Source: the human T2T-CHM13v2.0 reference genome, Homo sapiens. From it: a DNA stretch of 64,000 nt. Position numbers and translations under genes: made by a program. The notes under the pieces were generated by a model. The model was not told the DNA's origin. It did not search any database and saw only the letters and a list, made by a program, of their open reading frames with translations. The DNA lies in the NCBI RefSeq assembly GCF_009914755.1, contig NC_060940.1. One strand, written 5' to 3'. Each line of letters opens with the position of its first letter. Position 1 is the first letter of the stretch. This document shows positions 44,601-56,490 of the stretch, one piece after another.

Positions 44601-45669
44601 ATGGAATCATCAAATGGACTCGAATGGAATCATCATAGAATGGAATCGAATGCAATTATCGAATGGACTTGAATGAAATCACCTTTGAATGGAATCAAAG
44701 GGAATGATCGAAAGGAATCGAATGCCATCATCATCGAATGGAATCGAAAGGAATCATCGAATGGAATTGAATGGAATCACCATTGAATGGACTCGAATGG
44801 AATCATCATCGTATGGAATCGAATGGAATCATCATCATATGGAATCAAATGGAATCATCGAATGGACAAGAATGGAATCATCGTCAAATGGAATCAAGTG
44901 GATCATCGAATAGAAACTAATGGAATCATTGTTGAAAGAAATGGAATGGAATCATTGAATGGAATTGAGTGGAATCACCAATGAATGGAATCGAATGGAA
45001 TCATCATCAAATGGAATAGAATGGAATAATGGAATGGACACGAATGGAAACCTGTGGAACCATAGAATGAACACGAAATGAATCATAATCGAATGCAATC
45101 GAAAGGAATCATCATTGAATGCAATCACATGGAATCATCACAGAATGGAATCGTACGGAATCATCATCGAATGGAATTGAATGGAATCATCAATTGGACT
45201 CGAATGGAAACATCAAATGGAATCGATTGGAAGTGTCGAATGGACTCGAATGAAATCATCGAGTGGAATCGAATGGAATCATCGAAAGGACTCGAATCAA
45301 ATCATAAAATGGACTCGAATGGAATCATCGAATGCACTCCAATGGAATCAACATCGAACGGACCCTACCGGAATGATCAAATGGACTCGAATGGAATCAT
45401 TGAATGGAAATGAATGGAATCATTGAATGGACTCAAATGGAATTATCGAACGGGCTCAAATGGAATCATCGAATGGACTCGGATGTAATCATTATCGAAT
45501 GGAATCGAATGGAATCATCGAATGGAATTGATCGAAATCATTATCGAATGGAATCAAATGAAATCATCAAATGGAATCGAATCCAATCATCATCGAATGG
45601 AATCGAATGGAATCATCATCGAATACAATAGAATGGAATCATCAAATGGAATCGAATGGAATCATCATC

Positions 45670-45999
45670 GAATGGAATCGAATGGAATCATCAAATGGAA
45701 TCCAATGGAATCATCATCAAATGGATTCAAATGGAATCATTTTCGAATAGAATCGAATGGAATCATTGAATGGAATCATCATCAAATGGAGTCCAGAGGA
45801 ATCACTGAATTGAATGGAATTATCATTGAATGGAATCGAATGGAATCATCAAATGGAATCTAATGGAATCATCATCAAATGGATTCAAATGGAATCATTT
45901 TCGAATAGAATCGAATGGAATCATTGAATGGAATCATCATCAAATGGAGTCCAGAGGAATCACTGAATTGAATGGAATTATCATTGAATGGAATCGAAT
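45670..45999. repeat. 158-bp tandem duplication private to P1
   Basis: GTCCAGAGGAATCACTGAATTG at 45791 and 45949; single copy in left-arm units (e.g. ~3260-3285, reverse complement). Confidence 0.9.
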
Positions 46000-46710
46000 A
46001 GAATCATCCAATGGAATCAAATGGAATTATCATCAAATGGAATCGAATGATATCATCGAATGCACTTGAATGGAAGCATCAACGAATGGAATTGAATGGT
46101 ATCATCGAATGGACTCGAATGGAATCATCTTCGAGTAGAATCTAAAGGATTCACTAAGTGGACTCCAATGGAATAATCATCAAATAGAATCGAGTGGAAT
46201 CATCATATATACTCGAATGGTAACATCGAATGGAATCGAATGGAATCATCAAATGGATTTGAATGGAATAGTCATCAAATGGAATCAAGTGGAACGATCG
46301 AATGGACTGGAATGGAATCATCATCGAATGCATTTGAATGGAATCATCGAATACACTCGAATGGAATCTTCATCGATAGGAAATGAATGGAATCATCAAA
46401 TGGACACGAATGGAATCATTGTCGAATGGAATCATATGGAATCATCAAATGGACTCGAATGCAATCATCGAATGAACTCGAATGGAATCATCATCGAATG
46501 GAATCGAATAGAATCATTGAATGGACTCGAATGTAGTGATCAAAAGGACTCGAAAGGCATTAACGAATGGACTCGAATGGAATCATTGAATGGACCCTAA
46601 TGGAATCATCATCAAATGGAAAAGAATGGAATCATCAAATGGACTCGAATGGAATCATCAAATGGACTCAAATGGAATCAGTGAATGGAGTCGAATGGAA
46701 TCATCATTGA

Positions 46711-49700
46711 ATGGAATCAATTGGAATCATTGAATAAAATGGAATGGAATCTCCTAATGGAATCTAACGGAATAATCATCGAATGGAATCAAATGGAATC
46801 AACGAGTGGAATCGATAGCCATAATCATTGAATAGAATAAAATGGAATCATCATTGAATGGAATAGAATGGAATCTTTGAATAGACACGAATGGAATAAT
46901 CATCAAAAGGAAAGGAATACAATCATCAAATGGACTCGAATGTAATCATCATCAAATGAAATTGAATGGAGTCATCGAATGACATCGAATTGAATCATCA
47001 CCAAATTGAGTCGAATGGAATCATCGAATGGAGTGAAATGGAATCATCATCGAAGGGAATGGAATAGAATCATCGAATTGACTCGAAAGAATCATCATCG
47101 AAGGGAATTGAAAGGAATTATCCAATGGAATACAAGAGAAACATCATCAAATGGAATCGAATGGAATCATCATCGAAAGGAATACAACGGAATAATCATC
47201 AAATGGATTCATACGGAATCATAATCGAATGGAATTCAAACGAATCATCATCGAAGGGAATCGAATGCAACAATCGAATGGAATCTAATGGAATCATCAT
47301 TGAATGGAATCGACCGGAATCATCGAATGGAATAGAAGAGAATCATCATTGAATGGAATCGAATGGAATCGTCAATGAATGGAATAAAATGGAATAATCA
47401 GTGAATGGATTCATACGGAAGCATCATCGAATGGAATTGAATGGAATCATCTTCGAATGGAATTGAATGGAATCGAATGGAATGATCGTTTGGACTCCAT
47501 TGGAATCATCGAATGGACTTGGATGGAATCCTCATTGAAAGGAATCAAGTGAAATCATCATCAGATGGAATCAAATGGAATCATCACTGAATGGAATTAA
47601 ATGGAATCATCGAAGGGAAAGAGATGGAATCATCATCGAATGGAATCAAATAGAAGCATTGAATGAAATCGAATGGAATCATAATAGAACAGAATTGAAT
47701 AGAATCATCATCGAATGGACTCGAATGGAAACATCGTCAAATGGAATGGAAAGGAATCATCGTCGAATGGAGTCGAATGGAATCATCAATGAATGAAATC
47801 GAATGGAATCATAATAGAACAGAATTGAATAGAATCATCGTCGAATGGACTCTAATGGAAACATCCTCAAATGGAATCGAAAGGAATCATCATCGAATGG
47901 AGTCGAATGGAATCATCAATGAATGGAATCGAATGGAATCACCATAGAAAGGAATCGTAGGGAATCATTGCAAGGAATCGAACTGAATCATCAAATGGCA
48001 TCAAATGGAATCATCATTAAATGGAATTGAAGGGAATCATCAAGTGGACATGAATAGAATACAAAAATGGACTCGAATGGAATCATTGAATGGAACCGAA
48101 TGGAATCATCGATTGGACTTGAATGGAATCATCGTCAAGTGGAATCAGATGGAATCAACGAAGGGATTTGAATGGAATAATCGAATGAATTCGAATGGAA
48201 TCCACATAGAATGGAATTGAATTGAATCATTCAATGGACTCCAATGGAATCATCATCGAATGGAGTCAAATGAAATCATCATCAGATGGAATCAAATGGA
48301 ATCATCACTGAATGGAATCGAATGGAATCATCGAATGGACTCGAATGGAATCATAGAATGGAATAGAACGGAATCATCGAATGGACTCGAATGGAATCAT
48401 CATCCAATGGAATTGGATGGAATCATCATCGAATGGAATCAAATGCAATTAATGAATGGAATTGAAAGGAATCATCTTCCAATGAAATCAAATAGAAGCA
48501 TCGAATGAAATAGAATGGAATCAGAGAATGGATTCAGATGGAATCATCATCAAATGGAATCGAATAGAAGCATTGAATGAAATCAAATGGAATTATCATC
48601 CAATGGACTCGTATGGAATCATCATCGAATTGACTCATATGGAATCATCGTCGAATGGATTCCAATGGAATCATCATCGAATGGATTTGAATGGAAACAT
48701 CATCTAACTGAATCCAATAGAATCATCATGGAATTGAATCGAATTGCTCACCGTCGAATGGAATCAAATGGAATCACCGAATGGAATCGAATGGAATCAT
48801 CATTGAATGGAATCAAATGGAGTCATCGTCGAATGGAATGAAATGGAATCATCCAATGGAAGAGAATTGAATCATCATCGAATGGAATCGAATAGAATCA
48901 TCGAAAGGAATCTACTAGAATCATCAAATGAAATCGAATGGAATCATCATTGAATAGAATCCAATGGAATCAACATCAAATGGAATCAAATGGAATCATC
49001 ATCGAATGGAATCGAATGGAATCATCATCAAATGGAATCGAATGGAATCATCCAATATAATAGAATTGAATCACCATCGAACGGAATCGAATAGAATCAT
49101 CGAATGAACTCAAATGGAATCATCATTGAATGGAATCGAATCATCAACGAATGGAATTGAATGGAATCATAGAATGGAATCCAATGTAACCATCATCGAA
49201 TTGAACCCAATGGAATCATTAAATGGACTCGAATAGAATCATCGAATGGACTCGAATGGAATCATCATCGAATGGAATAGAATGGAGTCTGGAATCGAAT
49301 GGAATCATCATCAAATGAAATCAAATGGAATCATCGTATGGACTCCAACGGAATCATCATCGACTGGAATAGAATAGAAGCATCGAATGAAATCAAATGG
49401 AATTATCATCGAACGGAGCCATATGGAATCATCATTGAATTGACTCATATGGAATCATCGCCGAATGGATTCCAATGGAATAATCATGGAATGGATTCGA
49501 ATGGAAACATCATCTAATTGAATCAAATAGAATCATCATGGAATTGAATCGAATTGCTCACCGTCGAATGGAATCAAATGGAATCATCGAATGGAATCGA
49601 ATGGAATCATCATCGAATGGAATGAAATGGAATCATCCAATGGACGAGAAGTGAATCATCATTGAATGGAATCGAATAGAATCATCAAATGAAATCCAAT

Positions 49701-52700
49701 GGAATCATCATCGAATAGAATCGAATTGAATCAACATCAAATGGAATCGAATGGAATCATCCAATGTAATAGAATGGAATCACCATCGAAGAGAATCGAA
49801 TAGAATCATCGAATGAACTCAAATGGAATCATCATCGAATGGAATCAAATTGTCAATGAACGGAATGGAATGGAATCATAGAACGGAATCCAATGTAATC
49901 ATCATTGAATTGAACCCAATGGAATCATTAAATGGACTCGAATGGAATCTTCGAATGGACTCGAATGCAATCATCATCGAATGGAATAGAATGGAATCAT
50001 CGAATGGAATCGAATGGAATCATCATCGAATGAAATCAAATGGAATCATCATATGGACACGAATGGAATCATCATCGAATGGAACTGAATGGAATCATCG
50101 AATGGACTCGAATGGAATCATCATCGAATTGAATTCAAAGAAATCATCAAATGGACTTGAATGGAATCATGGAATGGACTCGAATGGAATCATCAACGAA
50201 TGAAATCGAATGGAATCACCAAATGGTCATGAATGGAATCATCATCTAATAGCAACGAATGGAATCATCGAATGGACTCGAATGGAATATCATCGAATGG
50301 AATTAAAAGCAATCATCGAATGGACTCCAGTGGAATTATTGAATGGACGAAAATGGAATCTTTATCGAAAGGACTCAAAAAGAATGATTGAATGGTCTCG
50401 AATGGAATCATCGATTGGACTCAAATGGAATTACCGAATCTCTGCAAATGGAACCATCGAATGGACTCGAAAGGAATCATTATCAAATGGAATCAAATGG
50501 AACCATCAAATGGAATCGAATGGATCATCGAATGCAATTGATCAGAATCATCATCGAATGGAATCAAATGGAATCATCAAATAGAATCGAATGCAGTCAT
50601 CATCAAATAGAATCGAGTGGAATCATCATCGAATACAATCGAATGGAATCATCAAATGGAATCACCATCGAATGGAATCAAATGGAATCATCATCAAATG
50701 GAATCGAAAAGAATCATCATCAAATGGAATCGAATGGAAGCATCATCGAATGGAATGCAAAGGAATCATCATCGAATATAACCGAATGTAATGATCATTG
50801 AATGGAAGCAAAAGGAGTCATCATCGAATGGATTCTGATGGAATCATCATTGAATGGAATCGAATGGAATCATCATGTAATGGAAAATATTGGAATCATC
50901 CAATGGAATTGAATGGAATCATCATCAAATGAATTGAATGCAATCATCAAATGGTCTCGAATGGAATCCTCATCAAATGGAATCGAATGGAATCATCGAA
51001 TAGAATCAAATGTAATAATGATAGAATGGACTCGAATGGACTCAACATCAAATGGAATCGAATGGAATTATCAAATGGAATCAAATAGAATCATTGAGTG
51101 GACTCGAATGGAATCTTCGAATGCAATTGAATGGAATAGTCAACGGACCCTAATAGAATCATCATCCTATGGAATTAAATGGAATCATCAAATGTACTCG
51201 AATGGAATCTTCATCGAATGGAATCGAATGGAATCCTCGAATGGACTCGAATGGGAGCATTGAATGGATTCATCAAATGGAGTAGAATGGAATCATCATC
51301 GAATGGTATCGAATGGAATCATGGAATGGAATCAAATGGAATCATCATGGAATGGAATCGAACGGAATCATCAAATGGATTCGAATGGAATCTTCCTCGA
51401 AAGGAATCGAATGGAATCGTCCAATGGACACGAATGGAATCATCATCGAATGGAATCAAATGGAACCATCAAATTCAACAGAATGGAACCATTGAATGGA
51501 CTTGAAATGAATCGTCATCGAATGGAATCGAATGGAATCATTGAAGGCCCTTGAAAGGAATCATCGAATTGACTCGAAAGGAATCATCACCTAGTGGAAT
51601 CCAGTAGAATTATCGAATGGACTCGAAAGGAATCTTTGAATGGACTCAAATGGAATCATCATCGAATGGAATCTAATGGAATCATTGAATGGAGCCCTCA
51701 TCGAATGTAATAAAAGTGAATCACCGAATGCACTAAAATGGGATGATCGAATAGCCTCGAATTGCATCATCATTAAACGGAATCAAATGGAGTCATCTCA
51801 TGGACTCGAATGTAATCATCAAATGGACTCAAAAGGAATCATCATCAAGTGGAATCGAGTGAAATCGTCGAATGGACTCGAATGCCATCATCGAATGTGG
51901 TCGAATGGAATCATCATTGAATAGAATCGAATGGAATCATCACATGGGCTCGAATGTAATCATTATCGAATGGAATCATCATCGAATGGAATGGAATGGA
52001 ATCATTGAATGGAATCGAATGGAATCATCATCAAATGGAATCAAAAGGAATAATCGAATGGACTCGAAGGGAATCATCGAATGAACTCTAATGGAATCAT
52101 TATCAAACGGAATCCAATGGAATCATTGAATGGACTCGAATGGAATCATCATCGAATGGAATTGAATGGAATCATCGAATGGAATGGAATGGAATCATCC
52201 TCGAATGGAATCTAATGAAATCACCGAATGGACACGAATGGAATCATCCAATGGATTTGAGTGGAATCATCATTGAATGGAATCGAATGGAATCATCAAA
52301 TGGACTCGAATGGAATCATCTTCGAATGGAATCGAATGAAATCACAATCGAATGGAATGGAATGGAGTCATCATCTAATGGAGTCGAATGGAATCATCAT
52401 TGAATATAATAGAATGGAGTCACCATATTGAATCAAATGGAGAGATCATCGAATGGAATTGAAGGGAATCATCGAATAGGAATGAAAGGAGTCATCAAAT
52501 GGAATTGGGTGGAATCATCAAATGGATTCAAATGGAATGATCATCAAATGGAATTGAATGGTATCATCGAATGGACTCGAATGGAATCATCATCAAATGG
52601 AACCAAATGGAATCATCGAATGGACACGAATGCAATCATCATTGAGTGGAATCAAATGGAATCATTGAATGGCATCGAAAGGAATCATCATCGAATGTAG

Positions 52701-55700
52701 TCTAATTAAATAACCGAATGGACTCAAATAGAATCATCGAATCAAGTCGAATGGAATCATCATCGAATGGAATCCAATGGAATCATCGAATAGCATCAAA
52801 TGGAATCATCGTCAAATGGATTCAAATGGAATCATCGAATGGACTCGAATGGAATCCTCATGGAATATAATCGAATGGAATCTTCGAATTGACTCGAATG
52901 GAATCATCATAGAATGGAATCTAATGGAATCATCGAATGGAATCGAATGGAATCATCATTGAATGGAATCGAGTAGAATCATTGAATGAAATCGAATGGA
53001 ATCATCATCGAATGCAATCGGGTGGAATCATCAATGAATGGAATCGAATGGAATCACAGAATGGAATCCAATGTAATCATCTTCGAATTGAAAACAAAGC
53101 AATCATTAAATGTACTCTAATGGAATCATCGAATGGACTCGAATGGAACCATCGTTGAATGGAATATAATGGAATCATCGAATGCAATCGAATGGAATCA
53201 TCGAATGGACTCGAATGGAATCATCATAGAATGGAATTGAAAGGAATCATCAAATGGACTTGAATGAAATCATTGAATGGACTCAAAAGGAATCATCATC
53301 GAATGGTATTGTATGGAATCGTTGAATTTACTCTAATGGGATAATCATTGAATGGAATTGAATGCAATCATTGAATGGAATAGAATGGAATCATCATTGA
53401 ATGGAATCAAATGGAATCCTCAATGAATGGAATCGAATGGAATCATCATCGAATGGAATTGAACGGAAACATCAGCGAATGGAATCGAAAGGAATCATCA
53501 TGGAATAGATTCGAATGGAATCATTGAATGGAATGGAATGGAATCATCATAGAAAGGAATCAAAGGGAATCATCGAATGGAATCAAACGGAATCATCGAA
53601 TGGAATGGAATGGAATCATCATCGAATGGACTCAAATGGAATAATCTTCGAAAGGAATCGAATGGAATCGAATGGAACAATCAAATGGACTCCAATGGAA
53701 TCATCTAATGGAATCGAGTGGAATCATCGAATGGACTCGAATGGAGTCATCATCCAATGAAATCGGATGGAATCAATGAAGGGACTCGAATGAAATCATG
53801 GAATGGACTCTAATGGAATCATCATCAAATGAAATTGAATGGGATCATCATCAAATGTAATTGAATGGTATCATTATCAAAAGAAATCCAGTGGAATCAC
53901 CAAATGGACTCGACTGTAATGATTAAATGGACTCGAATGGAATCATCAAATGGAATCATCGAATGGACTCGAATGGAATTGTTGAATGGATTCGAATGGA
54001 GTCATTGAATGGACTCTAGTAGAATCATAATCAAATGGAATCAAATGGAATCATCAAATGGACTCGAATGGAATCATTGGATGTACTCGAATGAAATCAT
54101 CGAATGGACTCGAATGGAATCATCATCGAATGGAATCAAATGGAATCCTCGAATAGAATCAGATGGAATCCTCAAATGGAATCGAATGTAATCATCATCA
54201 AATGGAATAGAATGGAGTGATCGAATGGAATCGATGGCAATCATCATCCACTGGAATCAAACGGAATCATTGAATGGAATCGAATGGAATCAATGTCAAG
54301 TGGAATCGAGTGGAATCATCGAAAGAAATCGAATGGAATCATTGTCGAATGGAATGGAATGGAATCAAAGAATTGAATTGAATAGAATCACCAATGAATT
54401 GAATCGAATGGAATCCTCATCGAATGGAATCGAAGGGAATCATTGGATGGGCTGAAATAGTATCATCATCTAATGGAATCATGTGGAATCATCTAAGGGA
54501 CACAAATAGAATCATCATTGAATGGAATCGAATGGAATCATCTAATGTACTCGAATGGAATCACCATTGAATAGAATAGAATGGAATCATCGAATGGAAT
54601 CGAATGGAATCATCATGATATGGAATTGAGTGGAATCATCGTATGGACTCGAATGTAATCATCAGAGACTGGAATCAAATGGAATCATTAAATGGACTCT
54701 AATGGAATCATCATCGATTGGAATTGAATGGAATCATTGAATGGACTCCAATGGAATCATCACCAAATATAATCAAAAGAAATCATCAAATGGATTCGAA
54801 TAGAATCATCAAATGAACTCGAATGGAATCATCATCGAATGGAATCAAATGGAATCATCAAATGGACTCGAATGAAATCATCATCAAACGGAATCGAATG
54901 GAATCATTGAATGGAATGGAATGGAATCATCATGGAATGGAAACGAGTGGAATCACTGAATGGACTCGAATGGGATCATCATCAAATGGAATCGAATGGA
55001 ATCATCTAATGAACTTGAAAGGAATCATCATCAAATGAAGTCAAATGGAATCACCAAATCGACATGAATGGAATCATCATTGAATAGAATCGAATGGAAT
55101 GATTGAATGGGCTAGAATGGAATCATCTTTGAATGGAATCAAATGGAATCATCATCGAATGGAATCGAATGGAAATGTCAACCAATTGAATCAAATAGAA
55201 TCATCATGGAATTGAATCGAATGGCTCACTGTCGAATCAAATCCAATGGAATCATCATCGTATGGAATTGAATGGAATCATTGAATGGAATTGAATGGAA
55301 TCATCATTGAATGGAATCGAATGAAATCATCAACGAATGGAATCCAATGTAATCATCATAGAATTGAAACCAATGGATTCATTAAATGGACTCGAATGGA
55401 ATCATCGAATGGACTCGAATGGAATCATCATCAAATGAAGTAGAATGCAATCATCAAATGGAATCGAATGGAATCATCATCGAATGGAATCTAATGGAAT
55501 AATAGAATGAACTCGAATGGAAACATCGAATGGAGTTGAATGGAATCATCATCGAGTGAGATCGAATGGAATCATCGAATAACATCGAATGGAATCATCG
55601 TCGAATGGAGTCTAATAGAATCATCAAATGGACTCGAACGGAATTGTCATGGAATGTAATTGAATAGAATCTTCTAATGGACTCAAGTGGAATCATCATC

Positions 55701-56490
55701 GAAAGCAAGCGAATGGAATCATCATCGAATTTAATCGAATGGAGTCATCATCATATGGAATCGAGTGGAAGCATTGAATGGGCTCAAAAGAAATCATCAG
55801 AGAATGGAATTGAATGGAATCATCAAAAGGACTCGAATGGAATCATCATCAAGTGGAATCAAATGGAATCATCGAATGGACACGAATCAAATCATCGTTG
55901 AATGGAATCGAATGAAATCATCGAATGGACACGAAGGGAATCATTATCGAATGGAATTGAATGAAATCATAATCGAATGGAGTCGAATGGAATCATCATC
56001 GAATGGAGTTGAATGGAAACATCACTGAATGGAATCAAATGAAATCACCGAATTGAATCAAATGGAATGATCATCAAAGGGAATCAAAGGAAATCATCGA
56101 ATGGGATCAAATGGAGTCATCGAATGGAATCAAGTGGAATCATCAAATGGATTTGAACAGAATCAACATCGAATGGAATCGAATGGAATCATCGAATGGA
56201 CTCGAATGGAATCATCTAATGCACTCGAATGGAATAATCATCGAATGTAATCGAATGGACTCATCCAATGGAATCAAATGGAATCATCAAATGGAATCGA
56301 ACGGAATCATCATCAAAAGGAACCGAATGGAATCATTGAATGGAATCAAAGGCAATCATGGTCGAATGGAATCAAATGGAAACATCATTGAATAGAATTG
56401 AATGGAATCATCACATGGAATCGAATGGAATCATCGTAAATGCAATCAAGTGGAATCATCGAATGGAATCTAAGGGAATCATCATCGAAT
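46711..56490 (-). repeat. Inverted long unit P2 (undeleted over the shared span; loses register with P1 at ~56490)
   Basis: Colinear with P1 up to GAATCTAAGGGAATCATCATCGAAT (~56466-56490 vs ~44421-44445); the sequence then differs. Confidence 0.85.
49515..49525 (+). promoter_or_regulatory. Candidate DUX4 site TAATTGAATCA in the inverted long unit
   Basis: Exact match to TAAYBBAATCA; homologous to the per-unit left-arm site. Confidence 0.5.

Larger units (their letters stand above)
37390..46710 (-). repeat. Inverted long unit P1 (9321 bp = ~12,060-bp period minus 1770 and 969 bp)
   Basis: Landmark offsets to P2: 9321 (37685->47006, 38684->48005), 11091 (39119->50210), 12060 (39204->51264, 40080->52140). 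Confidence 0.88.
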
